From NCBI GenBank assembly GCA_035607285.1, contig DATNBZ010000069.1:10182-74181 (forward strand): a DNA stretch of 64,000 bases, given 5' to 3'. The stretch comes from Blastocatellia bacterium. Its GTDB lineage: Bacteria > Acidobacteriota > Blastocatellia > UBA7656. Shown piece by piece: positions 28,248 through 37,979 of this stretch. Under the pieces are notes generated by a model. It had not been told where the DNA came from and made no database searches. It saw only the letters and a list, made by a program, of their open reading frames with translations. The stretch's first letter is position 1. The number at the start of each line of letters is the position of its first letter. The translations under genes were made by a program, and so were the position numbers.

Positions 28248-28838
28248 ATGGCCGAACGAGAAGACACAGGTTTCAAAGTAACCGACCGCAGAAAATACAA
28301 TCCCGACGGGAGCCCGCGCGAATCCGCCGAACCGGAAGTCGAAACCGTAGCTTCAGAACCTGACGCGGAAACCGAAGCCCAAGCTCCGCCGCGCGAACCG
28401 GCAGCAAACAACGTCCTTTCGTTTCCCGGGGAGCCCGCGAAGAAACAACCGGAGGCGGAGCCTGCGCCTCAGGTCGCCGCTACGCCTGATGCCAGGGCTG
28501 CGGCGCCGGAGCCGACCGCCGAGCAGATTGCCGCGGGTCAGGCCGAGCAAGCCTACAATCAGGCAAGAGGCCCTAATTCCACCCGACTCCCCGCGCCCTC
28601 ATTTCTCAGCCTGGTGAACATGCTTGGCGTCGAAGCGGCGATGCACCTCGGGCTGATTCAGACTCCGGGCGAAGAGCCCTTGCCCGTCGACACGGAAGCG
28701 GCTCGGCACCTGCTCGACATGCTGGGCATACTCCAAACAAAAACACGCGGCAATCTGACTGAAGAAGAAGACCGCCTTTTTGAAAACATGCTGGCTGATC
28801 TGCGGATGCAGTTCGTAGCGGTTTCGAGAAGGCGATGA
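28248..28838 (+). CDS. DUF1844-type protein
   Basis: The C-terminal block FLSLVNMLGVEAAMHLG...LLDMLGILQTKTRGNLTEEEDRLFENMLADLRMQFV matches the DUF1844 signature. The N-terminal region is Pro/Glu-rich. Confidence 0.55.
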   Translation: MAEREDTGFKVTDRRKYNPDGSPRESAEPEVETVASEPDAETEAQAPPREPAANNVLSFPGEPAKKQPEAEPAPQVAATPDARAAAPEPTAEQIAAGQAEQAYNQARGPNSTRLPAPSFLSLVNMLGVEAAMHLGLIQTPGEEPLPVDTEAARHLLDMLGILQTKTRGNLTEEEDRLFENMLADLRMQFVAVSRRR

Positions 28839-29635
28839 AGATCACCTTTCTCGGGACCGGCACGTCGGTAGGTGTTCCATCAGTGGGATGCGAATGCGAT
28901 ACCTGCTTGTCGGACGACCCGCGCGACAATCGGCTGCGCACATCCGTGCTGATCGAGCATCAGGGACAGAACATCCTCATTGATCCATCGACTGACTTTC
29001 GTCAGCAGGCGCTTCGCATCGGACTCAAGCACCTTGCCGCTATTCTGGTCACCCACTCACACGCCGATCATTGTTTTGGGCTGGATGATACGCGCCCGAT
29101 AATGTTTCGCGACGGCGCGATACCGGTATACGCGAGCGAGGTGACCTGGCAGGGACTCAGGCGAATATACTCTTACGTGTTCGAGCCCGCGGGTTATCCC
29201 GGTGTCCCTCGAATCGTGCCGCACAGCATCGAGAGTGACTTCAGTCTTCTTGGCCTGAACATCGAACCGGTGACGGTGATGCACGGACAATTGCCGGTCA
29301 CTGCTTTTCGAATAGATCGCTTTGCGTATGTGACTGACTGCAACTTTATTTCGGATGAGACGTGCGCCCGGCTGATGGGATTGGAGCTGCTGGTGATTGA
29401 TGCATTGCGTTTCAAGAAGCATCCAACGCACATGAGTTTGGACCAGGCGCTCGAATACATTCAGAGGCTCGAGCCGCGCCGCGCTCTTCTGACGCACATC
29501 TCGCACGACATCAAGCATTCAGAGACCAGCGCGCATCTGCCTGAGCGGGTGGAGATTGCTTATGACGGGTTGGCGGTTGAGCTAACGAGTCCGACAAGCT
29601 TTCAGCTTGTCGAGGATCGGATTGTTGAGAGCTAG
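28835..29635 (+). CDS. MBL-fold metallo-hydrolase (PhnP-like).
   Basis: HSHADH metal-binding motif in a 266-aa ORF, with an ATGA overlap onto the previous gene. Confidence 0.75.
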   Translation: MKITFLGTGTSVGVPSVGCECDTCLSDDPRDNRLRTSVLIEHQGQNILIDPSTDFRQQALRIGLKHLAAILVTHSHADHCFGLDDTRPIMFRDGAIPVYASEVTWQGLRRIYSYVFEPAGYPGVPRIVPHSIESDFSLLGLNIEPVTVMHGQLPVTAFRIDRFAYVTDCNFISDETCARLMGLELLVIDALRFKKHPTHMSLDQALEYIQRLEPRRALLTHISHDIKHSETSAHLPERVEIAYDGLAVELTSPTSFQLVEDRIVES

Positions 29636-29676
29636 TTTGGAGACTCTAGTTTGGAGACCAACGACAAGCTGGAAGC

Positions 29677-30645
29677 TTGTCGGACGAGATGAAGATATTC
29701 CGTAACATCCATGACAGCGACATCAGCGCGCCGACTGCGCTCACCTTCGGCGTGTTCGATGGGCTTCACCTCGCTCATCAGCTCATAGTGCGCCGGGTTG
29801 TGGAGCGCGCTCGATCTCTCAATGTCCCTGCGACGGTGGTTACATTCGACCCACACCCTCGCGCTGTGCTGCATCCGCAAACCGCACCGCCGTTGCTTCA
29901 AACCTTCGAACAGAAGATGGAAGCAATCGAGCGCCTGGGCATAGATCAAACCGTCGTGCTCAGCTTCACCCACGAGCTTTCGCAAGTGACCGCCGAAGAC
30001 TTCCTGTTGAGATTCATCTTCGGGAGGCTGGACGCTCGCGAAGTCTACCTGGGTCAGGGATTCGCGTTCGGGCACAACCGCGAAGGACGGTTTGAGCTTT
30101 TGAGGCGCGTCGCCACGCGTCTTGGCCGTGTTGCAGACGAAGTGCCCGAAGTGCTCATACGCGGGAATCGCGTAAGCTCAACAATGATTCGGCGGCTGCT
30201 TGGAGCGGGCCGCGTGAACCTCGCGCGCCGAATGCTCGGGCGGCCGTACGGCATCGAGAGCCGCGTGATCGAAGGCCGAAAAATCGGGAAGGCTCAACTC
30301 AAATACGCAACCGCGAACCTTAAGCCTCAGAACACGATGATTCCAGCCAGTGGTGTTTACATCACCCTGACGCTTGTTGAGGGAAGATGGCGGCACTCGA
30401 TTACCAACATCGGGAACAGGCCGACATTTGGAGGCGAGCCGGAGCTGACGGTCGAAACACACGTGATGGACTTCGATCGCGAGTTATACGGCGAGAAGAT
30501 TCGGGTCCGCTTTCTCCACAGGCTGCGCGGTGAAAAGAAGTTCGAGTCAATCGACGCGCTGCGGGATCAGATCGATCGCGATTACCTTAGGGCGATGCAT
30601 TACTTTCAGATGGGCGGCGTCCGGCGCAACATTGATCTTCGGTAA
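29677..30645 (+). CDS. ribF: Bifunctional riboflavin kinase / FMN adenylyltransferase.
   Basis: [11 protein letters not shown] adenylyltransferase motif and a C-terminal riboflavin kinase domain. Confidence 0.9.
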   Translation: MSDEMKIFRNIHDSDISAPTALTFGVFDGLHLAHQLIVRRVVERARSLNVPATVVTFDPHPRAVLHPQTAPPLLQTFEQKMEAIERLGIDQTVVLSFTHELSQVTAEDFLLRFIFGRLDAREVYLGQGFAFGHNREGRFELLRRVATRLGRVADEVPEVLIRGNRVSSTMIRRLLGAGRVNLARRMLGRPYGIESRVIEGRKIGKAQLKYATANLKPQNTMIPASGVYITLTLVEGRWRHSITNIGNRPTFGGEPELTVETHVMDFDRELYGEKIRVRFLHRLRGEKKFESIDALRDQIDRDYLRAMHYFQMGGVRRNIDLR

Positions 30646-30736
30646 CTGTACTTTTCAACCGCCATGAGCGGCTTGAGACGACATTCCGCTGTGGTAAGAT
30701 GGGTTCATCAGAACACACGCGGCAGTAAGCACGTTT

Positions 30737-31360
30737 ATGTCAATCAGCATTCCTCAGACTCTGAATGTCACGGGACCTCCTGCCGGGAAGCCCGATGATT
30801 TCATCTGGCGCTTGAGCGTCGGGCAGTACCATGAAATGATCCGCGCCGGTATTCTCACAGCGGATGATCCGGTGGAACTGCTCGCAGGATGGCTCGTCTA
30901 CAAGATGCCCAAGAACCCGCCACACCGCATAGCGACGAGACTTGCTCAGCAAGCGCTTGAAGCAGTTGTGCCGGCCGGCTGGTACGTAGATGCTCAAGAG
31001 CCGATCACGCTGAACGACAGTGAGCCGGAGCCGGACGTGATGATCGTACGCGGCGACACCCGAGACTACCGGGATCGTCATCCCGGTCCCGAGGACGTGG
31101 CTCTGATAGTTGAAGTGGCTGACTCCACGCTCGAGCGTGATCGAGGAGTGAAGAGAATGGTCTACGCTCGCGCCGGCGTTCCCGTCTATTGGATCGTCAA
31201 CCTCCTAGAACGCGTGCTTGAAGTCTATTATGATCTTTCGAGTGCGGGCGAAGACGCGGACTATAGACAGCACCAGGACTACAACTTATCGGATTCCGTG
31301 GCAGTTATCATCGACGGACTCGAAGTCGGCCGCGTTGCGGTTCGGGACCTCTTGCCGTGA
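30737..31360 (+). CDS. Uma2-family (DUF820) putative endonuclease.
   Basis: PD-(D/E)xK-like core EPEPDVMIV ... ALIVEVADST with the characteristic Uma2 N-terminal region. Confidence 0.65.
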   Translation: MSISIPQTLNVTGPPAGKPDDFIWRLSVGQYHEMIRAGILTADDPVELLAGWLVYKMPKNPPHRIATRLAQQALEAVVPAGWYVDAQEPITLNDSEPEPDVMIVRGDTRDYRDRHPGPEDVALIVEVADSTLERDRGVKRMVYARAGVPVYWIVNLLERVLEVYYDLSSAGEDADYRQHQDYNLSDSVAVIIDGLEVGRVAVRDLLP

Positions 31361-31532
31361 TTCAACTCGGCCTTACGATAATCCCTCATCGATATTTGCA
31401 ACCGTAGCACACAGAGTTCGATTCGACTTGTAACCCGGCGAGTTCAGTTGTATAAAAAGCAAGCTGGTTTGAGCGGATCCGAATCAAGGAAATCATTCCT
31501 GAATCGCGCACACAATCTAACGAGGTGCTTCA

Positions 31533-32021
31533 ATGAAGAAATCAATAAACATTACCGTGAACGGCGTGCCTCACAGCGCAGAGGTCGAGCCCCGCGTGTT
31601 GCTGGTTTACTACCTGAGAGATGTTCTCGGACTCACCGGCACACACGTGGGCTGTGAGACTTCGATTTGCGGCGCTTGCACGGTCATCGTCGACGGGCAG
31701 TCCGCCAAGTCATGCACGATGTTCGCTGTGCAAGCCGATGGCTACAACGTCACTACTATCGAAGGCATGGCCGCGAACGGCGATTTGCACGCGGTGCAGG
31801 AAGGATTCTGGGAACAACACGGCCTGCAGTGCGGCTACTGCACGCCCGGCATGATTATGGCTGCCGCACAAATCCTGGATCGCAATCCTGATCCAACCGA
31901 CGCCGAGATTCGACACGGATTGGAAGGAAATCTGTGCCGTTGCACAGGCTACCAGCACATCGTTGAAGCAGTTCAGAACGCCGCACGAAAGATGAAAGGT
32001 CAAGAGGCAACGGGAGACTGA
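31533..32021 (+). CDS. (2Fe-2S)-binding small subunit of a xanthine dehydrogenase-family molybdoenzyme (CoxS-like).
   Basis: [10 protein letters not shown] and CGYCTPG cysteine clusters. Confidence 0.85.
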   Translation: MKKSINITVNGVPHSAEVEPRVLLVYYLRDVLGLTGTHVGCETSICGACTVIVDGQSAKSCTMFAVQADGYNVTTIEGMAANGDLHAVQEGFWEQHGLQCGYCTPGMIMAAAQILDRNPDPTDAEIRHGLEGNLCRCTGYQHIVEAVQNAARKMKGQEATGD

Positions 32022-32026
32022 CGAGA

Positions 32027-32106
32027 ATTGCGGATTGCGGATTGCGGATTGGATCAGCGATCTCCATTCGTGCGTAATCCTCAATCCGCAATCCGCAATC
32101 CGCAAT
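32027..32106. repeat. Family-F palindrome built from TTGCGGA heptamer repeats.
   Basis: GAATTGCGGATTGCGGATTGCGGATTGG ... CCTCAATCCGCAATCCGCAATCCGCAATC. Confidence 0.8.
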
Positions 32107-32116
32107 CGGAGGTATC

Positions 32117-34477
32117 ATGCCTAAGTACGTCGGACAGAGAGTCAAGCGCACCGAAGACCCAAGGTTGATCCAGGGGCTCGGGCACTACGTCGATGACATC
32201 AAGCTTCCCGACACGCTGCACGTCGCGTTCCTGCGATCGATGTACGCGCACGCGAAGATCAAGAGCATCGACACCAGCGAAGCCTCGCACGCGCCCGGAG
32301 TCGTCGCCGTTTATACGGGCGCGGATGTAGCCGGCAAGATAGGGCCGGTCCCTTGCGCCGGCGCTTTGCCGGGGTTGAAGATCCCGAACTATACCGTGCT
32401 GGCAACCGATCACGTAACTTTCGTAGGCCACCCGATCGCCGCGGTTGTTGCGACTGATAAGTATGCGGCTCGCGATGCGATCGACCTGATCATGGTCGAC
32501 TACGATGAGTTGCCGGTGGTGGTCGATGTCGAAGAAGCCGCCAAGGGCGGACCTCTGGTCTACGAAGAGTACGGCGACAACATCGCGTACAAGCTCACAA
32601 GCGGCGAGGGCGACATCGAAGCCGCGCTGGCCGAATCCGATCATGTAATCAAGCAGCGCATCGTGCATCAACGACTGATTCCGATCGCGATGGAGCCGCG
32701 CGGCGTGCTTGCACGCTACTATCCGGGTGAAAAAGAATTGACCATCTGGACCTCAACCCAGATCCCGCATCTGGCTCGAACTCAACTCGCCATAATGCTT
32801 GGCGTGCCGGAAAACAAAGTACGCGTGATAGCGCCGGAGGTCGGCGGCGGGTTCGGCTCGAAGCTCAACGTCTATGCCGAAGAGGGACTGGTTGGCTGGA
32901 TCTCAATGCAAACGGGCAAGCCGGTGAAATGGATCGAGGGACGAAGGGAGAACATCCAGGCAACGATTCACGGCCGGGGTCAAATTGGTTATATCGAGGT
33001 GGGTTGCAAGAACGACGGCACGATCACCGGACTGCGCTACAACGTGTTCGCCGACATGGGCGCTTATCTTCAACTGCTCACGCCGGCGATCCCAACGCTG
33101 ACCGGCTTGATGCTTTCGGGCTGTTACAAGATTCCCGCGATCCAAATGAACGTGACCGCGGTGTTCACGAACAAGATGTCGACGGATGCGTATCGCGGCG
33201 CCGGCAGACCCGAAGCTACGCAGGTGATAGAGCGAGCCGCCGATTTGATTGCGGCTGAGCTTGGCATGGATCCAGTCGAAGTGCGTAGAAAGAACTTCCC
33301 CGAGCCTTCCGAGTTTCCCTTCAAGACCGCGACCGGATTGTTCTACGACAGCGGCAATTACCAGGGCGCGCTCGATAAGGCGTTAGGCATGGCCGACTAC
33401 ACAAAAATGCGCGAGGAGCAGAAGAAGGCTCGCGAGCAAGGCAGAATCGTCGGCGTAGGCATCTCGACTTATGTTGAGATATGCGCGATCGGGCCTTCAG
33501 CGGCTACGCCCGCAGGCGGCTGGGAAAGCGCCACGGTTAGAATCGAACCCACTGGCAAAGTAACCATACTCACTGGCGCATCGCCGCACGGCCAGGGCCA
33601 GGAGACTTCGTTCGCGCAGCTCGCGGGTGATGAGCTGGGGGTCGATCTGAACGACGTTACTGTAATTCACGGCGACACCTCGATCGTTCAGTACGGCATC
33701 GGCACGTTTGGAAGCCGCGGCACCGCGGTCGGCGGAACCGCGGTCTTCAACGCGATTCAAAAACTAAAAGAGAAGGCGACCGAGCTCGCCGCGCATTTGC
33801 TTGGGGCGGATGCATCCGCGGTCTCGTTCAAGGAAGGGCGATTCAGCGTAGAGGCTGCGATGGCAGCCGCGGGTGGAAACGGCGATGCCGCAGCCGAAGC
33901 GGCTACGCCTAAGAGCGTCTCGATTCAGGAAGTGGCGCTTGCGGCTCACGTGGCTCACCAGATACCTCCGGGATTTGAACCGGGACTTTCAGCTACAAAC
34001 TTCTTTGAGCCTTCGAACTTCACCTTCCCGTTTGGGACTCACATCGTTCAGGTAGAGATCGATCGCGAGACCGGCAAGATCGAGATCCAACGCTATGTTG
34101 CGGTCGACGATTGCGGCAAGGTGCTCAACCCTATGCTCGTAGACGGCCAGGTTCACGGCGGCATCGTCCAATCAATCGGCCAGGCTCTCTACGAAGAAGC
34201 GGTCTACGACGATCAGGGTCAGTTGGTGACTGGGACGCTGATGGACTACGCGATTCCCAAGGCGGCGATGGTTCCGTGGATGGAGCTTGAGCGCACGGAA
34301 ACTCCTTCGCCGGTCAATCCGATGGGCGTTAAGGGAGTCGGTGAAGCAGGAACGATTGGAGCTACGCCGGCGATTGTCGGCGCGGTCGTCGATGCGCTTT
34401 CGCCGTTTGGTGTACGGCATCTGGATATGCCCATCAAGCCGGAGAACGTGTGGCGGATAATCAGTGGGCAGGGCTAG
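32117..34477 (+). CDS. Molybdopterin-binding large subunit (CoxL-like, form II; AYRGAGR active-site motif).
   Basis: 786 aa with TDAYRGAGRPEAT, which matches form II rather than form I (VAYRCSFR) aerobic CO dehydrogenase. Confidence 0.85.
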   Translation: MPKYVGQRVKRTEDPRLIQGLGHYVDDIKLPDTLHVAFLRSMYAHAKIKSIDTSEASHAPGVVAVYTGADVAGKIGPVPCAGALPGLKIPNYTVLATDHVTFVGHPIAAVVATDKYAARDAIDLIMVDYDELPVVVDVEEAAKGGPLVYEEYGDNIAYKLTSGEGDIEAALAESDHVIKQRIVHQRLIPIAMEPRGVLARYYPGEKELTIWTSTQIPHLARTQLAIMLGVPENKVRVIAPEVGGGFGSKLNVYAEEGLVGWISMQTGKPVKWIEGRRENIQATIHGRGQIGYIEVGCKNDGTITGLRYNVFADMGAYLQLLTPAIPTLTGLMLSGCYKIPAIQMNVTAVFTNKMSTDAYRGAGRPEATQVIERAADLIAAELGMDPVEVRRKNFPEPSEFPFKTATGLFYDSGNYQGALDKALGMADYTKMREEQKKAREQGRIVGVGISTYVEICAIGPSAATPAGGWESATVRIEPTGKVTILTGASPHGQGQETSFAQLAGDELGVDLNDVTVIHGDTSIVQYGIGTFGSRGTAVGGTAVFNAIQKLKEKATELAAHLLGADASAVSFKEGRFSVEAAMAAAGGNGDAAAEAATPKSVSIQEVALAAHVAHQIPPGFEPGLSATNFFEPSNFTFPFGTHIVQVEIDRETGKIEIQRYVAVDDCGKVLNPMLVDGQVHGGIVQSIGQALYEEAVYDDQGQLVTGTLMDYAIPKAAMVPWMELERTETPSPVNPMGVKGVGEAGTIGATPAIVGAVVDALSPFGVRHLDMPIKPENVWRIISGQG

Positions 34478-34480
34478 GTG

Positions 34481-34569
34481 AGACTGTGTGAAAGTTTGTA
34501 GTTCGGCCTTCAGGCGGAAGTTTGTAGCTTGCATCGACGCTGAATTAGGAACCTTTCACACAGTCTCAG
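34481..34569. repeat. Family-C palindrome with outer arms GAGACTGTGTGAAAG and CTTTCACACAGTCTC.
   Basis: Read directly. Confidence 0.75.
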
Positions 34570-34678
34570 GTGTTGGCGGGTTCAACTCGCCGCGCCGAGA
34601 ATCATGAAGAAAACAGAAGCAGGCGACGATCTACGCGCGAGCGAGAAGTTGGGCAGTTTGCCGGCAAGGAGTAGTGGT

Positions 34679-35125
34679 ATGGGCGTGAACTGGGCGCGTC
34701 TGTCAGCAGAATCGCATTATCAGGTCGCTGTTGAGATAGAGCGAGCACTGCTCCAGGGTGACTTCGAAGAAGCGGAAGCCGGCATCAAGGAGTTGATTGA
34801 CGCGTTGGGCAGATCTGAAAAACGAGCGCTAAAAAGCCAGCTTGTTCGCCTGATGGCTCATGTCATCAAGTGGAAGACACAACGCGAGCGTCGGTCTTAT
34901 GGTTGGGTGGCGACAATCTGCAACACGAAGGAAGAGATTGCCGATATTCAGTCAGAGACACCCAGCTTGACGAGTGACGCTGTCCGGGGCTTATGGGAAG
35001 CGAGCTTCCGGGTTGCGACACGTGAAGCAGAAGGCGAGATGGATCAGAGATCCGAGGTCTCGTCGCTCTCGTGGCAAGAAGTGTTTGAAGATGAGTACGA
35101 AATGGACGGCGCGTCGCAGCAATGA
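34679..35125 (+). CDS. DUF29-domain protein inserted between the large and FAD subunits of the cox-like operon.
   Basis: LGRSEKRALKSQLVRLMAHVIKWKTQRERRSYGWVATI matches the DUF29 core. AAGGAG precedes the Met at 34679; the ORF-track start at 34604 is also possible. Confidence 0.55.
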   Translation: MGVNWARLSAESHYQVAVEIERALLQGDFEEAEAGIKELIDALGRSEKRALKSQLVRLMAHVIKWKTQRERRSYGWVATICNTKEEIADIQSETPSLTSDAVRGLWEASFRVATREAEGEMDQRSEVSSLSWQEVFEDEYEMDGASQQ

Positions 35126-35148
35126 CGCCATAGGAAACGAGGTAAGAA

Positions 35149-36015
35149 ATGATACCAACTCAGTTTGATTACCTGACTCCCAAGACGCTCGATGAAGCGA
35201 TCGGGCTGCTTGCTCAACATCCCGAAGAAGCCAAGCTGCTCGCCGGCGGGCACAGCCTGATTCCTGCGATGAAGCTTCGGCTTGCGACTCCGCAGATCCT
35301 CATCGACCTCGGCCGGATCAAGGACCTTTCATACATTCGCGAAGAGGGCGGACAGATTCGAATCGGCGCAATGACTACGCACTACAGGCTGGAAGCGTCC
35401 GACCGCCTGCGCGAGATATGCCCGTTGCTCCCCGAATGCGCCGCTCAAATTGGTGACGTTCAGGTACGAAACAAGGGAACGATTGGCGGAAGCCTCGCTC
35501 ATTCTGATCCGGCGGGCGATTGGCCCGCGGCAATCATCGCTCTTGACGCGGAGCTTGTTGCGGTAGGCGCCGGAGGCGAGCGCGTGATCAAGGCTGGCGA
35601 CTTCTTTGTCGACATGCTGACGACGGCTCTCGAAGCCGGCGAGATATTGCGCGAGATTCGGATCAACCCGTTAGCCGCGCGTTCCGGCCAGGCATATCTG
35701 AAAGTACCTCAGCCGGCTTCGGGGTTCGCGGTAGTCGGTGTAGCAGTCAATCTCACTAAAGATAACAACGGGGCCTGCGCTTCAGCCGCCGTTGGCATAA
35801 CCGGCGTCGCCTCGAAGGTCTATCGCGCAAGCGCCGTCGAAAAAGCGCTCAACGGAAGCGCCCTTGACGATCAAGCCATTGCCGCGGCGGCTTCGCATGC
35901 GACCGACGGTGTTTCGGTCAACGGCGATCTCTACGCGTCGGATGCTTATCGCAGTCACCTTGCCCAGGTTTACACTCGCCGCGCAATTGAAGCCGCAACC
36001 TCGCGAGCGAAATAG
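35149..36015 (+). CDS. FAD-binding medium subunit (CoxM-like).
   Basis: AGGHSL FAD-binding motif and CO dehydrogenase flavoprotein fold. Confidence 0.85.
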   Translation: MIPTQFDYLTPKTLDEAIGLLAQHPEEAKLLAGGHSLIPAMKLRLATPQILIDLGRIKDLSYIREEGGQIRIGAMTTHYRLEASDRLREICPLLPECAAQIGDVQVRNKGTIGGSLAHSDPAGDWPAAIIALDAELVAVGAGGERVIKAGDFFVDMLTTALEAGEILREIRINPLAARSGQAYLKVPQPASGFAVVGVAVNLTKDNNGACASAAVGITGVASKVYRASAVEKALNGSALDDQAIAAAASHATDGVSVNGDLYASDAYRSHLAQVYTRRAIEAATSRAK

Positions 36016-36144
36016 GTTCAGAGTGAGGATTCAGAGCTCTTTGCGTCTTTGCGGACCTTTGCGTCTTTGCGCGAAACGCCACGTTCGAACGCCATGTTTC
36101 ACGCAAGACGCCTGAACTCGGAACCCTGAACCACGAACCCTCTT

Positions 36145-36687
36145 ATGAAAATCGAAGGCACTCACGAGATTCATTCCAGCGCCGCACGCGTCTACCAGTG
36201 TCTAATCGACCCTGCGGTGCTGCAGCGATGCATACCGGGTTGCGAGAGGCTCGAGAAGACCGGGGAGAATGCGTACTCCACAACGCTCCGCGCCGGCGTC
36301 GGCTCGATAAAAGGGCTTTTCACCGGAAATGTGCGGCTTGAAGATCTCAGGCCTCCACATCACTTTAGGATGGTAGTCGATGGAAAAGGTCAGCCGGGTT
36401 TCTTGAAAGGCGCCGGTGATCTGGATCTCGCGGGGCAGAACGACGTAACCGTGATCACTTACAGCGGGGACGTTCAGGTGGGCGGTACAGTAGCAAGCGT
36501 GGGCCAGCGAATGCTCCAGGGCGCGGCGAAGATGATGGCCGCCCAGTTCTTCACTGCGATTGAAGCCGAGGCGAAGACCGAAGCACATGAGGATCCCCCA
36601 AAGCATGACTTTTTTCGAACAGCCCTGAGATGGTTCTCGGGGTGGCTCCGCAGGATGTTTCGAAGTACTCGGCAATCGACGAAGTGA
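36145..36687 (+). CDS. CoxG-like SRPBCC-family protein.
   Basis: 180 aa with an N-terminus typical of carbon monoxide dehydrogenase subunit G (MKIEGTHEI...). Confidence 0.7.
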   Translation: MKIEGTHEIHSSAARVYQCLIDPAVLQRCIPGCERLEKTGENAYSTTLRAGVGSIKGLFTGNVRLEDLRPPHHFRMVVDGKGQPGFLKGAGDLDLAGQNDVTVITYSGDVQVGGTVASVGQRMLQGAAKMMAAQFFTAIEAEAKTEAHEDPPKHDFFRTALRWFSGWLRRMFRSTRQSTK

Positions 36688-36772
36688 ATGGTTTAGATCA
36701 GTCGTTCACAGACCCGCCAGAGAGATTGGCGTTACGCAAACTACATTCGTTTGAAGGAGAGATCTCCTAACA

Positions 36773-37900
36773 ATGGGCGATCAAAGGCACCTCCAGATGA
36801 TCCAAAGTAGCGTCGACGAGTGGAATCAATGGCGAAAGGACGCCCCCTTAGTACGCCCCGACCTCAGTGGTGTAAATCTCAAAGACGCTGATCTAAGAGG
36901 GATCAATTTACGGTATGCAGACTTAGTTTCTGCGCGCCTTGATGGGGCAGACTTAACTGGGGCAAACTTGATGTATAGTCACTTGACCAACACACATTTT
37001 GAGCGCGCCGAACTCGTGAGATCGATGTTTTTTGGAGCAGTCGGGGGAGAGCCACAGTTCCTCGAGTCTAATCTAAGCTATGCGAAAATGACTGGGGCCC
37101 ATCTTGGTGCGACCAATATGGAGAACGCTTTGCTCGAAGGTGCAGACCTCGGGGATACGGATTTCACTTACTCCCAGTTTGATAAGGCGAATCTCACTTC
37201 CGCAGACCTTCGCGGTACAAATCTCTCCAAAGCAAGTTTGTTAGACGCAAATCTTGATCGGGCATTGCTAAGCGGAACTGTTTTTGGTGACACTTCCCTT
37301 TTGGGTACTAGGAATTTGGAGACCTGTGTGCACTATGACCTGAGCATCATTGATGTGCAGACTCTTGCAAGGTCCGGGAGACTCCCTCTCGGTTTCTTAC
37401 GTGGCTGTGGTCTGCCCGAACACTTTATCGACTATTTACCATCGCTCCTGCGTGAAGCAATTCAGTTCTACTCCTGTTTCATAAGCTACTCAACCAATGA
37501 CCAGCCTTTTGTGGAGCGCCTCTATGCAGATCTTCAAAGCAAAGGCGTACGATGCTGGTTTGCCCCCGAGGACTTAAAGATCGGGGATAAGTTTCGACAG
37601 CGGATCGACGAATCAATTCGGCTTCACGATAAGCTATTGCTGGTTCTTTCTGAGAAGTCTATAGCCAGCCCGTGGGTGGAGGATGAGGTGGAAGCCGCAC
37701 TGGAGAGAGAGCGTCGCGAGCGAAAATCGGTTCTATTCCCTATCAGCATCGATGAATCAGTATCGAAGAGTGAGATAGCCTGGGCGGCATCGCTCCGTAG
37801 GGCGCGACATATCGGTGATTTTAAGGATTGGAAAAGTCATGACGCGTACCAAAAGGCGTTTGAGCGTTTGCTACGGGATCTCAAAGCCGAAATCCAGTAA
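36773..37900 (+). CDS. Pentapeptide-repeat protein fused to a C-terminal TIR domain.
   Basis: N-terminal A(D/N)LxG pentapeptide repeats (DLSGVNLKDADLRGINLRYADLVSARLDGADLTGANL...). C-terminal FISYSTNDQPFVERLYADLQSKGVRCWFAPEDLKIGDKFRQRIDESIRLHDKLLLVLSEKSIASPWVEDEVEAALE is a TIR pattern. GC is markedly lower than the flanks. Confidence 0.75.
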   Translation: MGDQRHLQMIQSSVDEWNQWRKDAPLVRPDLSGVNLKDADLRGINLRYADLVSARLDGADLTGANLMYSHLTNTHFERAELVRSMFFGAVGGEPQFLESNLSYAKMTGAHLGATNMENALLEGADLGDTDFTYSQFDKANLTSADLRGTNLSKASLLDANLDRALLSGTVFGDTSLLGTRNLETCVHYDLSIIDVQTLARSGRLPLGFLRGCGLPEHFIDYLPSLLREAIQFYSCFISYSTNDQPFVERLYADLQSKGVRCWFAPEDLKIGDKFRQRIDESIRLHDKLLLVLSEKSIASPWVEDEVEAALERERRERKSVLFPISIDESVSKSEIAWAASLRRARHIGDFKDWKSHDAYQKAFERLLRDLKAEIQ

Positions 37901-37979
37901 GCAGGTTGCGATCCTAACCAGATACTTGGATCGCCATTGATAGCCCCTTCAAGGTATCGAAGAGAAATCAAGCGCGGAC

